Positions 12,246 to 24,559 of a stretch of 64,000 nucleotides of DNA are shown one piece after another. The first letter of the stretch is position 1; each line of letters begins with the position of its first letter. The position numbers and the translations under genes are program-made. Under the pieces are notes generated by a model that did not search any database, was not told the origin of the DNA, and was given only the letters and a program-made list of their open reading frames with translations. The stretch comes from Mobula hypostoma. Its lineage: Eukaryota. The DNA is taken from positions 152,398,001 to 152,462,000 of the forward strand of contig NC_086097.1 in the NCBI RefSeq assembly GCF_963921235.1. The letters are read 5' to 3'.

Positions 12246-14211
12246 GAGAGGTGGGGGTATTAACTGGAAGTTCAAGAAATTGACATTCATAAAAGATATC
12301 AATAGATGAGCTGTCTCCAGAGATAGACAGAGTGATCAAGAAAGGGCAGGAAGGTGTCAGAAATGGACCAAGTAAATTTGAAGGCAGGGTAGAAGTTGGC
12401 TCCAAAGTTGAAGATGTTGACGAGCTTAGCATGAGTGCAAGAAGCAGCATCAATGCAGTTACTGATGCAGCGTAGGAACAAGGGTAGAGTGATACCAGTA
12501 TAGGCTTGGAACATAGACTGTTCCATGAAGCCGACAAAAAGGCAGGCATATCTGGGACCCATGCGGGTGCCCATGGCTAAACCTTTTGCTTGAAGGAAGT
12601 GGGAGGAGTCAAAGGAGAAATTATTGAGAGTGAGGACATTCCGCTAGACAATGGAGGGAAACTAGTTGGGTCTGTTGTCCAGAAGGAAATGGCAAGCTTT
12701 GAGGCCTTCCTGATAAGCTATGGAGGTGCATACAGACCTTAGTACAGACCTCATCCATAGTAAAAATAAGATGATCAAGTCCAGGGAACTTGAAATCATT
12801 GAAATCATATGAAGCGTCACAAATGTAGATAGGAAGGGACTGAACCGGGGGAATCAAACTGAATTGAGGTATGCAGATATGTTTGATGGGGCAGGAACAA
12901 GGGGAAGCAATGGGTCTACATGGACAGGCAGGTTTGTGGACCTTGGGTAGAAGGTAGAAACAGGAGGCACAGGATGCGGGAACTATGAGGTTGCTAACAG
13001 TGGATGGGAGCTCCCCAGAGTTAACAAGATCAGTGATCGTGTGGGAGACAATGGTCTGATGCTCTTTAGTGGAGTCCTGTTCGAGAAGTAAGGAAGAGGT
13101 GGTGTCTGAGAGTTGTTGCTGGGCCTCAGTAAGATAGAGGTCAGTATGCCAGACTACTACGGCACCCCCCCCCCCCCCACCTTATCTGCAAGTTTGATGG
13201 TGAGGTTAGGGTTAGTGCGGAGGGAATAGAAAGCAGAGCATTTGGAAGGAGTGAGGTTGGAATTGAAGAGAGGAGTAGTGAAATTGAGATGGTTGATGTC
13301 CTGTCGGTAGTTAGAAATGAAAAGATCTAGAGCAGGCAGAAGACCAGAGTGGAGCATCCAGGAAGAGGCAGATAGTTGCAGACAGGAGAAGAGGTCATTG
13401 ATGAAGAATGGAGAGTCCTTGCCAATGAAGTAGGCACAGAGATGGAGGTGGCGGAAGAAGAGCTCAGCGTCATGGAGGGTGCAGATCTCACTGACATGTA
13501 GGCGCATGTGAGGCCCTTACTGAGGGCAGGACATTCTGCCTCAGAGATGGGAAGGTCACAAGGGATGGTGAAGACCCAGCATGGATGAGAGCATGGATCA
13601 GAGGGTGGGATGGGGTTGTCCAAGGAGAGGAGAGGGCTGGGGTGTTTAGGGATTGTAGAGTGAGAGGAAGATGGAGTCTCCGAGGATCCAGGAGCCGGTG
13701 GTGGGACCTGAGAGAGATGTTGTGGGGTAAGGAGAGTCCTTGCCAATGAAGTAGGCACAGAGATGGAGGTGGCGGAAGAAGGGTTCCAGCGGCAGCACGT
13801 GAAGTCCTGGCCTGGAGGCGCTCTCGGTCAAGGTCCAGGCTTTACCAGCAATCTATTGATTATCGTAATTTGAAGACACTATTCATATATTTGGATTTCA
13901 AAGTGATATTCTGTGCTTGCTTGTTAAAGGTGTAAATAGATTGATGCAGTGAAAGTTGTTGTGAGCACAAGTGATTTCAGACTGTCATGTACATGCCAGA
14001 TATAAATCACTTTGTTTCTTCATGAAGTGCCTGCTTTATAGGCAGTGTCCATGAATGATGGTGTTAGTGAATTCCTTTTTCAAACATGTTCCTATATACA
14101 GCCATGGTTGCACTTGATATCTGCTGTAATTCATTGGCAGTAAACTGTTCAAGACATCAGAATCAAATTCAGATTTAAAATCATTGGAAAAAAAATAATG
14201 AAGTAGTGTTA

Positions 14212-14432
14212 AAAGCAGGAGAAAATCTGCAGATGCCGGAAATGCAAGACAGACACACACAGACACACAATGCTGGAGGAACCCAGCAGGCCACGCAGTA
14301 GCGATGGAAAAGACTAAACAATCTCATTTTGGGCCGAGACCCTTCTTCAGCATTAGTGAAGAGTCTTGGCCCATAACATCGATTGTTTACTCCTTTCCTG
14401 GCCTGCTGAGATCCTCTAACATTTTGTGAGTG
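14212..14432. mobile_element. Head-to-head inverted pair of PLE 3' (hammerhead-plus-tail) modules
   Basis: The left arm (-) ends ...gggccgagacccttcttcag. The right arm (+) reads gtgaagagtcttggcccataacatcgattgttt...ggcctgctgagatcctctaacattttg. Confidence 0.75.
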
Positions 14433-14812
14433 AGTTGGTGCTCATGGGATGGTACATTGTTCATTCAGAAATATGATGGTGATGGGGGGAGAAAAGGCTC
14501 ATGGTAGTATTTAAATAACATAAGAATGTAAGTCTTTCTTTTCTTTTATTCACATCAAGCTACCTTCTATGGCACAGGTGGAGGTTGGAATGACTTTTTG
14601 AGCACGGTTGGAGATAATTATACTTTCTAAACATCTTCCTCAAATGGCTGTGGAGATAAATTGTACTGAATGAAGAGTTTGGTTGAACAGCTATAAACTC
14701 AATTCATCTCAAACAGATTTTACAATGTACTTAGCAAGGTCCAGAACACACTGTACAGAGAATTATAATAACTGACTATGGGAAGAACAATGGGAATAAG
14801 TAAAACCTCAGT

Positions 14813-15400
14813 ACAGGTTGAAAATCTATTATACAAAATTCCAAAATCCGAAAACCTCAAATCCATAATTTGTTTGAGCACGTCACAAATGAAAAATTCC
14901 ACAAGGCACTGGGAAGGTTTTTGGTGATGCGAAGGTCTCTGTGCATCACAGACAATTCTGAGAAGTGACCTCACATAGGTAATGAATAGATGTGAATGAA
15001 AAACAGAAAAGCACTGCATAAAGCAAAAAATAAAGATCTCAATCATGCACTGAAAGAATAGATTCATCAGCATCAGAATGAACATAAACTGCTTAGAAGT
15101 ATGCTGATCATGAAACAAGTTCTATCATGACAAACTGAAAATTGAAGGTAATTGTGAATATTCAGCAGGCTAGTTGACAAAATTTAAAAATTTATTGCTG
15201 TTCCTTTTCTTAAAGATTTTTCACAAAGCAGAGAAATTCATTGAGTTTGCAAAGCTGATGAAAATCTAACATCAGAACAAGTCTATAATGCTGAAAACCT
15301 GAAAAAGTAAAATTCAAATTCAGTGTACTGTAGCCATTTAATCAAAACAACACTTCGTAAGTGGAGACTAAAAGCTGCTGTTGTTTGTTGCTGTTCAACA
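14813..15400 (+). mobile_element. Tigger/pogo DNA transposon remnant
   Basis: It starts TA-CAGGTTGA like a Tigger TIR. Degenerate transposase pieces read DLNHALKE*IHQ, KLKIEGNCEYSAG*LTKFK (CENP-B HTH-like) and ENLTSEQVYNA. Confidence 0.7.
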
Positions 15401-15844
15401 ACTGATTCAGCTCAAAGTTGGATAACTGGCACCTTAAAACCAGTTGCTTTGGGCAGATGGAGCTTATCAGCCAATGTTGGCAGCTCATATAGGAGAAAGA
15501 AAACTCTGATCTCAAACCTCAACTGTCTTGAGGCTATACCCACTCATGCAGAAGGCTTCAGGAGTGAATTCCAAGAAAAAAAAATCAGAGACAGAATCCC
15601 TAAGGCAGTCTTACATTAAGTTCATCTCTGACCAGGAACTCCTGCACCATCATTGGTGCCAAACTATATTGGTCTGCCATTCCTTTGAATTTATCAGCTG
15701 TGTGGAGAGGGGGAGTCTGCTACATGGGCAATAGCTTGCTCTCCATCTTGTACTGCCTTGGTTTGTGTACTGACTTGTGTATCAACATCCATGATTGATC
15801 ATGACCCATGGAGGGCCTCAGTGATGGTCCTTAATGATGGATGC

Positions 15845-16192
15845 CATTTGAGATTTTACCAATAACAGTAGAGTCATTAGCAAATTTATCAATGATGATT
15901 GAACCATGCTTAGCCACAGTCATTAGTGTAGAGATAGTAGTGTAGTGAGCTAAGCACACATTCTTAAAGTTTGCCTGTGATATCAGTGAGGAGGAAATGT
16001 GACTACTGATTTGTATTGACTACAGTGTCCTGATGAGGAAGAGGAGGATCCAAACTGCAGAAGCAGGTACAGAGGCCGAGGTTTAGAAATTGGGTGATTA
16101 ATACTGAGGAGGTGATGATATTGAATGCCAAGCTGTAATCCATAAGCAGCAAGCTAACATATGTTTTGCTGTTGTCTAGGTTCTCCAAAGCA
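15845..16192 (-). mobile_element. Rex1/Babar-type LINE RT fragment
   Basis: ORF 16003-16209 reads LENLDNSKTYVSLLLMDYSLAFNII, a degenerate RT motif typical of this clade. Confidence 0.7.
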
Positions 16193-18407
16193 CCTGGACA
16201 ACATAACAAAAAACACTCTTAGAAGATGCAGTTAACCTCTCTTGTTGCTGTCATAAATTATTTCTTAAAAGGGCTTTGATCAAACACCTTTGAACATACA
16301 TACCAAATGTATATCAGCATACATAGAAGTAGGCACACAATTCATAGAATGATCACTTCAGCATCATATGTAATTCACAACCTTAGCATCTTAGCAATAT
16401 TGGCTTGCAAGGCCAAATTCTCACAACAGTTAGGGAAAATTCACACTGAAGATAGGACTAATAATCCATTCCCATTGACATTAATAGGAAAATACCAGCT
16501 GAATGTTCTTGAGTATGAGCAAAATGAATGTGAAGGCCTTCACCTGACTGGGAGCTACCTCTCTCCTTCTGACTTATTTATCCTACATATTCAGGTCAAA
16601 TCTTGCAAAGAAATAGGCATCAGTTGGTTAGGATTTCTGGTACTGTTCAAATTGAATACGATTTGTGTGTCACTTGTTGGAATGACAATATTGGTGCACA
16701 TGAGCAAAGGAGATCTGGGATTTTCATGACTGTTGGAATGTCAATGCATCACAACAAAAGGTTTTGTGGATTGAGGACAACTAGCAGTGAGTAAATGACA
16801 GTCGTATCAGATACAGAAGGATAAATAAAGATAGATAAAGAAAGAATTGATTCAGAAATGGGTTAAGCAGAGGTTGAAAGTAAATATGGGATAAATAAAT
16901 ACATTAATATTGGAAAACTTAAGAACACTTTACTTTATACAAGGATGAGACTATGGGTTACCTTGTCCTCTGCACTAAGCTGAAAAAGTTGATTAACTAT
17001 TCAATAACAATTATTTCCTTAATGAGAACATATTGTAAACACTAACTTTCTACAGCGACTTAAAGGGTAATTAATCAACTAATCCAAAAAAATGCTCAGA
17101 AATGTTGGTGAGGCTTGGAATGAGATAGCCGCTGTATTCAGTCCTAAGTAGGCTTGGCGCTCTCGTATTCTGCCAAATTCTAATTGGTAAAGTGATTATA
17201 GGACACAGTGTTTTGAGTTCAAAACTCCTGTTCAACAACTTGAAGCTCTCAATATATTGTGCTTATACTGTATATGCATGTGATGTCACAAAGTCATCTG
17301 ACCACAGGACTTATTTATATGATTACAAATGCATCTCACTGCTTTCCATCACAGAAAAAATGCGTGTAGTTTCTTACAGTTAGACAGGATTACAGATGTC
17401 TGGTTTATGGTTCCTTGAGTTTGAGAACATTCTCAACTCTGTCAATAAAGTCTCAGACTTTGCACTTATTCAAATACTTTCAAGTACTTGACTGTATTTA
17501 TTTCATTCTGTGCCCCTTGCACATCAGTTGACTATCATTTACAAGAATAAACTGCCGTGTATTTCTTCAGAATTATCAGCATTGTCTCTTGCTATGATCA
17601 TTCATTCTAAAAGTTTCTGTCATGATTTCTAGTACAAGCTGAACACATTTTCGGCCAGATTTGGACTACATCAGAGGTCCTATTGCTATATCTTGTACTT
17701 ACCTACTTATGTGATGTCTCTCCCTGTCTTACAGCTGAAATAGCTTTTCTTTTCAAAATATTTCAAGTGCTTCAACTGCTACTTCAGTGCTAGGCAGCAC
17801 CAGTCACAATGCATGAAGATAATGCATTAACAAATCTACAGAACAAAACCTGTAGTAAAGAATAGAATCATACAGTATTTTCATAGTATCGATCATGGTG
17901 ATAAAACAGCATTGGAAAATTTGCTTGCAAGGTTTATTTTACCTCAGGTTGGTGTCTCCCTGCCATCCCATTCAAAGTAAGATGACAGAAAGGAGTTACT
18001 ACATTGAATAAAACACTCAGTTGAAATTTCCAGTGAGTTATACTCCATAAGTATTCTAGAATTCAATGTATGGAAATTACACATCTCAAATCTTCATAAT
18101 ACAGTAATGGTTCACTTGAACACCTGTGTAAAAATGTTTCATCCCCTCTGAGTACTTTCATGGTTCTAATCAATTTTTCTGGGTTTCCTGAGCAGTCTCA
18201 ATGGCTGTAACATGGAAATCTGTGTCTGTAAGCTCCTGTAAGAATATCACACTTTCATGAATAATTTTTGAAGTAACAAGGACTGAATAGAAACCATTAC
18301 ATGAGATCCTGCTTTTTCTAGTGGATGGAATGTAGTTGCTAGGCAAATTGGTCTTTCAATTTGTCAGGACTCACCAATATACAGGAGGCCACCCCATCAG
18401 AAAATGT

Positions 18408-18803
18408 AGGATCTCCTGGTAGCCACCCTTATTAACTCTACTTCCCATTCCGACATGTCAATCCATGGTCTCCTCTACTGTCTCAGTGCAGCCACAATCA
18501 GGTTTGAGGAGCAACATCTTGTATTCCATTTGGATAGCCTCCAACCTGGTGGCATGAACATTGATTTCTTTCCCCTTCCCCTCCCTTCTTTACCATTTCC
18601 CAATCCCATCTCATCTCTCACCTTATCCCCTTTCCTGCCCATCTCCTCCATCTGACACATCTCCCCCTTCCCGTTCGTCCATGGTCTTCTGTCCTCTCCT
18701 ATCAGATTCCCCCTTCTTCAGCCCTTGATTTCATTCATCATTCAGCTTCACAGCTCTTTACTTCACACCCTCCCTCTCTCCCAATTTCACTTATCACCTT
18801 GTA
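18408..18803 (+). mobile_element. PLE 3' fragment, first part (GIY-YIG C-terminus plus 3' UTR), split by a CR1
   Basis: MSIHGLLYC...EEQHLVFHLDSLQPGGMNIDF matches the end of the 774-aa ORF. The UTR resumes at about 24063. Confidence 0.88.
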
Positions 18804-21800
18804 GACCATAAGACATAGGAGCAGAATTAGGCCATTCAACCCATCAAATCTGCGCCGTCATTCCATCATGGCTGATCCTGCATGCCACTCAACCCCATAC
18901 ACCTACCTTCTCGCCATATCCTTTGATGCCCTGACCGATCAGGGAATGATAAAATTCCCCATTAAATATACCCATGAACTTGGCCTCAACCACAGTCTGT
19001 GGCAGAGCATTCCATAGATTCAGTACTTTCAGGCTAAAAAAAATTCCTCCTTGCTTCTGTTTTAAAAGGTCACCCCTCAATTTTGAGGCTGTACACTTTA
19101 GTTCTGGATATCTCCACCACAGGAAACATCCTCTCCACTCCACCCTGTCTAGTCCTTTCAACATTCAGCAAGTTTCAATGAGATCCCCATACATTCTTTT
19201 AAATTCCGGTGAGTACAGGACTAAAGCTGCCAAAAGCGCTTCATACGTTAACCCCTTCATTCCCAGAATCATCCTTGTGAACCTTCTCTGGACTCTAATC
19301 ATAATACATGTCTTCTGAGATATGGGGCCCAAAACTGTTTGCGTACTCAAAGTGCAGCTTGACTAGTGTCTTATAAAGGTTTAGCATTATCTCCTTGCTT
19401 TTATATTCTATTCCCCTTGAAATAAATGCCAATATTGTATTTGCCTTCTTTACCACAGACTCAGCCTGTAAATTAACCTTCTGGGAGTCTTGCATGAGGA
19501 CTTCTAAGTCCATTTGCACCTCTGATGTTTGATCCTTCTTTCCATTTAGATAATAGTCCACACTATTATTCCTTTTACCAAAACGCATTATCATACATAT
19601 CCCTACACTGTATTCCATTTGCTACTTTTTTTTGCCCATTCTTCCAATTTGTCCAAGTCCTCCTACAATCGCATTGCTTTCTCAGCACTACCTACCCGTC
19701 CACCCATCTTCATATCATCCACAAACTTTGCCATAACGCCGTCAATTCCATTATCTAAATCATTGAAAAACAATGTGAAAAGTAATGGTTGCAATACTGA
19801 CCTCTGAAGAACACCACTAGTCACTGGCAGCCAACCAGAAAAGGCCTCTTTTATTCCTACTCACTGCCTCCTCCCTGTCAGCCATTCCTCTGTCTTTCCT
19901 GTAACACCATATTTTATCCTGTTAAGCACCCTCATGTCTGGCACCTTGTCAAATGCCTTCTGAAAATCCAAGTATATGATATTTACTGCTTCTCCTGTGT
20001 CCACCCTGCTTGTGACTTTCTTAAAAAACAGATTTGTCAGGCAAAATTCCCCCTTACAGAAACCATGCTGACCTTGACTTATTTTATAACTAGTTTCCAA
20101 GTACCCCAAAGCCTCATCCTGAATAATAAACTCCTAATCTTTCCAAACCACTAAGATTAGGCTAACTGGCGTATAATTTCCTTTCTTTTGGCCTTCCTCC
20201 TTTCTTAAAGAGTGGAGTGATACTTCAAATCTTCCAGTCCTCCAGGACCTTTCAAGAATCAAGTGATCCTTGAAAGATCATAACCAATGCATCCATTATC
20301 TCTTCAGCAACCTCTCTCAGGACTGTGGGATGTAGTCCATCTGGCCCAGGTGACTTATCCACCTTAAGACCTTTGAGTTTGCCTAGCATTTTTTCCCTAT
20401 GTAATGGAAATGGCATTCACTCCTACCGCCTGACATTCACGGACCTCTAGCACACTGCTAGTATCTTCCACAGTGAAGACTGATGCAAAGTACCTGTTAA
20501 GTTCATCTGCCATTTCTTTGTCCCCCCATTATGACCTCACTAATATCATTTTGCAGTGGTCCAATATCAACTCTCACCTCCATTTTACTCTTTATATAAC
20601 CAAACAAAGCTGTTAGTATCCTGCTTTATACTTATTGGCTAGTTTGCCCTCATAGTTCATATTTTCCCTTTTTATAGCTTTTTTAGTTTCCTTTTATTGG
20701 ATTTTAAAAGCTTCCCAATCAATACCTTTATATTCCCTTTATTGGCTTTTATGGAGTCCTTAACTTTCCTTGTCAGCCACGGTTGCCTACCCCTGCCATT
20801 TGAGAAATACTTCTTTTGTGTAGCAGATCTATCCTGTGCCTTGTGAACTATTCCCAGAAACTTCAGCCATCTCTGCTCTGATGTCATCCCTGCCAGTATC
20901 CTCCTCCAATCCACCTGGGCAAGCTCCTCTCTCATGCTGCTGTAATTCCCTTTATTCCATTGTGATACTGATATTTGTGACTTATGCTTCTCCCTCTCAA
21001 ACAGCAGTATGAATTCAATTAAATTATGATCATTGCCTCATAAGGGTTCCTTTCCATTGAGATCCCTAATAAGATCTGGGTTATTGCACCACACACAATC
21101 TGATATAGCCTTTCCCCTGTTAGATTCAGGTACAAGCTGCTCTAAGAACCCATCTAGTAGGCATTCAACAAATCTCCTGTCTTGCAATCTCACACCAACC
21201 TGATTTTCCCAATCTCCTTGCATATTGAAGTCCCCCCATTACAATTATGTCATTACCCTTAGTGCACGACTTTTCCAGCTCCTTTGCAATCTCAACCTAA
21301 CACATTGGCTACTATTTGGAGGCCTATATGATTCCCATGTTTTTTTTACCCTTGCAGTTTGTTAACTCGAGCCACAAAGACACAACATTCTCTGACCCTA
21401 TATCACCTCTTTCTAAAGAGGTAATTCCATCTCTTACTAACAGAGCCACACCACTGCCTCTGCCTTCCTGTCTATCCTTTCAATACAACTCACTGATGCC
21501 CGCATTGTCACACTGACCGGTCTCTAACTGTGCCACAAGTTTATCCACTTTATTCTGAACACTATGTGCATTTAAATACAGCATCTTCAGTCCTGCACTC
21601 TTTGCCCTTTTGAACTTTGCTTCTGTGGTACAATTTAACTCTTTAGTCTGTCTGCATTTATACCCAATCATTAGCTTGTCCTTCCATACATTAATGTTAC
21701 ACCCATCATCTACTTGTAAACCTGCTGGCTCATCCCAAGTTCTATCATTCTGGCTTTCATCCCCCTGACCTTTTAGTTTAAACCACTCCCAAAAGCTCTA

Positions 21801-24062
21801 GTAAACCTGCAAGAATCCCCCCAGGATTCAAATGGAACCTGTCTCTTTTGTACAGGTCCCACCTGCCCCAGAAGAGGTTCCAATTATCCAGAAATCCAAA
21901 TCCCTGCTCCTGTTAGAAGAGGGCTCGTTGGGAGTGGACCCAAATGCAAGACACAGTCACTGCAGTATTAGGAACAGGACTAGGTTTATCAAGATAGCAA
22001 GGTGAGTAAGGAAGAAACAATGCTGGACATTGACACAGGCCCTGGACGAGACTAGAATTCAGGGCCTGGGCTAGGACTTGGACTAGAAACACAGGACCCA
22101 GACAGGGAACTAGGAACAAGGAGCCTGGACTAGGAACACAGAACTCCAGAACCAGAGCCTGGACAAGCACCCAGAACCAGGGTCTTGGTTGGGACTCAGA
22201 ACCTGGGTCTTCACTCCGAACCAGAACCGGGGTCCAGGCTAAGACTCAGGACTAGGATCTTGGCAAGGACAGGATGTGGCTACAGGACAGGACAAGGTAC
22301 CCCAGCACCAGGCTAGGTAAGGAACTCCTGGGCTGGGCAAGACACCTGAACTAGATGAGGATACAAAACTCAGATTTGGACAGGGCTCGAACATGGCACC
22401 TGGACTTGGTCTTGGAACACAGAGCCTTGGACACAGACTAGACACAGTTCTCCAGGACAGGACATGGCTCTTAGACTTGGCTTGGTTAGGCTCTTGGGTA
22501 CAGGGCCAGGACCCCTCCTTGGAGCACAGGATCAGGATGACTGCCAAGGGACTCGTAGACTGGATGAGAACACAAAGCCTTGACTTGGACAAGACTGGAA
22601 CACAGACTGGCACCTGGAAATTGGAACACAGAGCCAGGGCCCATCCTTGGGAACAGGGCTTTTCACAGAGTCAGAGCCCCTCCTTGGGAACAGGACCTGT
22701 GTCTTCTTTGACACAGACACTAAACACAGGGGCACAAAGAGATAGTTCCAAACTCAGCAATAGACAGTTCCTTATCTTAGCATGGCAAGGCTCCAGTCTC
22801 ACTCCAGCAGTTGAACTTGGCAGGAATGCAGACAAGACTTCAAAAGGAAGGGGAGGGGAATAGTCCAGCAGGGAACTCTTGCTTTGAGAGGTACTTATAT
22901 GCCAGTCCAAAATGAGAATCAGGTGCCTCAATTAAGGTAACAAATGGAACAAGCAAAAACAGGAAAACCTGGAATACGGAGTCGATGGATCGGACTGTGA
23001 ACCCAAATGCGGACTTCATGGACTGGACCATGACAGTCCCCCGCTCCAATTCTTCAGCCACACATTTATCTGCCACCTCATTCTATTCCTTGCTTTACCT
23101 TTGAGTGGCACAGGCAGAATTCCGAGATTGAGGTCCTGCTTCTCAGTTTCTTTCGGATCTCCCTGTATCCTTTTTTCAGGAGTTCCTCTCTTCTTCTACC
23201 AATATCGTTGGTACCAATATGTACCATGACTTCTGGCTGCTTACCCTCCCTTTTGAGGATGTTGTCAATGCATTCAGAAACACTGCAGACCCTGGCACCT
23301 GGGAGGCAAACTACCATCCGTGTTTCCTTTTTGCGTCCACAGAATCAGCTATTTGTCCCCCTAAATACGAAAACCACTATTACTGCTGCCATCCTCTTTA
23401 GTTCCCTTCCCTTCTGAGCCACCAGGCCAGAATCAGCACCAGAGGCATGGCCGCTGTTGCTTCCTCCCAGTACTGAAAATGGAGTATTTATTGTTCATGA
23501 GGATGGCCACTGGGGTGCTCTCCATTATCTGATGTTCTCTTTTCCCTCTCCTGACAGTCACCCATTTATCTGTCACCTGTAGTCTTGGGGTGACTACCTC
23601 CCTGTAGCTCCTGTCTATCACTGCTTCACTTTCCCTTACAAGCTGAAGGTGATCAAACAGCAGTTCCAGTTTCCTAACACTGTCTCCAAGGAGCTGCATC
23701 TCAATGCACCTGGTGTTGATGCGGCCATTGAGAAGGCTGGAAGTGTCCCCAAAATCCCACATCAGACACCCAGAAAAACACACAGACTCTGCAGAAAGAA
23801 CCGCTATTCTCTCAAGAGTTAATTCAGAAAAAAAATGACATAAGAAACAAGCAATGAACTTACCTACTTACCTTACTTCCACCTGTTCTCATGGAGCCCT
23901 TGTTGAGCCAAAGCCTTATTACTCTGACTCAGACTGCTCCAACGACTGCTCTCACATTGAGTGCTCTGCTAGGCAATACTCTCTTTTATAGAGATTGGAT
24001 TTTTAAAGCTTTCGCCAGACCTGCACAGGGTCGCTTCTGTTGTATCTGTGCAATACTCCATC
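18804..24062 (-). mobile_element. Near full-length decayed CR1 LINE (5' UTR, ORF1 with Cys motif/coiled coil/SGNH esterase, ORF2 APE-RT, 3' tail)
   Basis: ORF1 pieces: CFSGCLMWD and MVVCLPGARV...VHIGTNDIG. APE: LKMLYLNAHSV. RT: IYLDFQKAFDKVP. Tail: accataagacataggagcagaattaggccatt. Many stops and frameshifts. Confidence 0.92.
21911..23035 (-). mobile_element. Solo LTR (sushi/Gypsy-like) with an expanded internal repeat array, inserted in the CR1
   Basis: TG...CA ends (tgttag...catgaca). It shares acccaaatgca, gagaatcaggtg and cggactgtg with the Gypsy LTR at 45969. CR1 sequence resumes on both sides. The TSD is imperfect (gctcc/gtccc). Confidence 0.75.
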
Positions 24063-24256
24063 AACTTCTTCCTTCCCTCCCCCCACCTTCTTACTCTGAC
24101 TTTTCCTCCTTCTTTGCGGTCCTGATAAAGAGTCTTGGCCCATAACATTGACTGTTCACTCTTTTCCCTGGATGCTGCCTGGCCTGCTGAGTTCCTCCAG
24201 CATTTTGTGTATGTTGCTCGGATTTGCAGCATTTTCAGATTTTCTCTTGTTTGTTC
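24063..24256 (+). mobile_element. PLE 3' UTR, second part, with a degenerate hammerhead at about 24117-24153
   Basis: ggtcCTGATAAagagtcttggcccATAAcattgact...gatgctgcctggcctgctgagttcctccagcattttgtgt continues the fragment at 18408-18803. Confidence 0.85.
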
Positions 24257-24552
24257 TAACTCCTAATGAAGTAAAGGTACCAGTGTGTTTTCTCTATGAT
24301 TGCATCAATGTACTGGGCCCAAGACAGATTCCTGCAGATGTTGATGCACAGGAACTTGAAGCTGCTCACCTTTTCAACTTCTGAACCCTCAGTGAGAAAT
24401 GAAGTATGTTCTCCTGATTTCTCCTTCCTGAAGTCCACAATCCATTCCTTGGTTTTGTGAACAAAATAACCACTCAATCAGCTGAAAAATCTCACTCCTG
24501 TATGCCTCCTCATTGCTATCGGAAATATTATCAACAACAGTGGTGTCAGCTG
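24257..24552 (-). mobile_element. Rex1/Babar LINE RT fragment
   Basis: KTKEWIVDFRK...VEKVSSFKFLCINI...LYFIRS. Confidence 0.8.
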
Positions 24553-24559
24553 TGGCATG

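Larger units (their letters stand above)
11670..13850 (-). mobile_element. Decayed Penelope-like element with an internal ~0.85-kb deletion removing the RT thumb end and GIY-YIG
   Basis: Fragments MGTRMGPRYACLFVG, FKFPGLDHLIFTMD and ELFFRHLHLCAYFIGKD match the 774-aa ORF at 60522. The junction near 12290 joins DIFY directly to the terminal MNVNFLNF. The 3' UTR, with (CA)n, lies at 11670-12260. Confidence 0.92.

Noticed and set aside
15408..15815. Probable interspersed repeat, possibly RTE-associated; also 35850-36430 and 34100-34190
   Set aside because: Repeat-like, but I cannot support a family assignment or boundaries from this window alone.
16955..16990. Possible 18-nt - strand microexon (LSAEDK), and a 6-nt one near 28693
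   Set aside because: The splice signals are short and expected by chance, with nothing else in support.
22030..22730. Repeat-spacer appearance resembling a CRISPR array
   Set aside because: The units are degenerate and irregularly spaced, lie inside an LTR in a vertebrate-type context, and have no cas genes.
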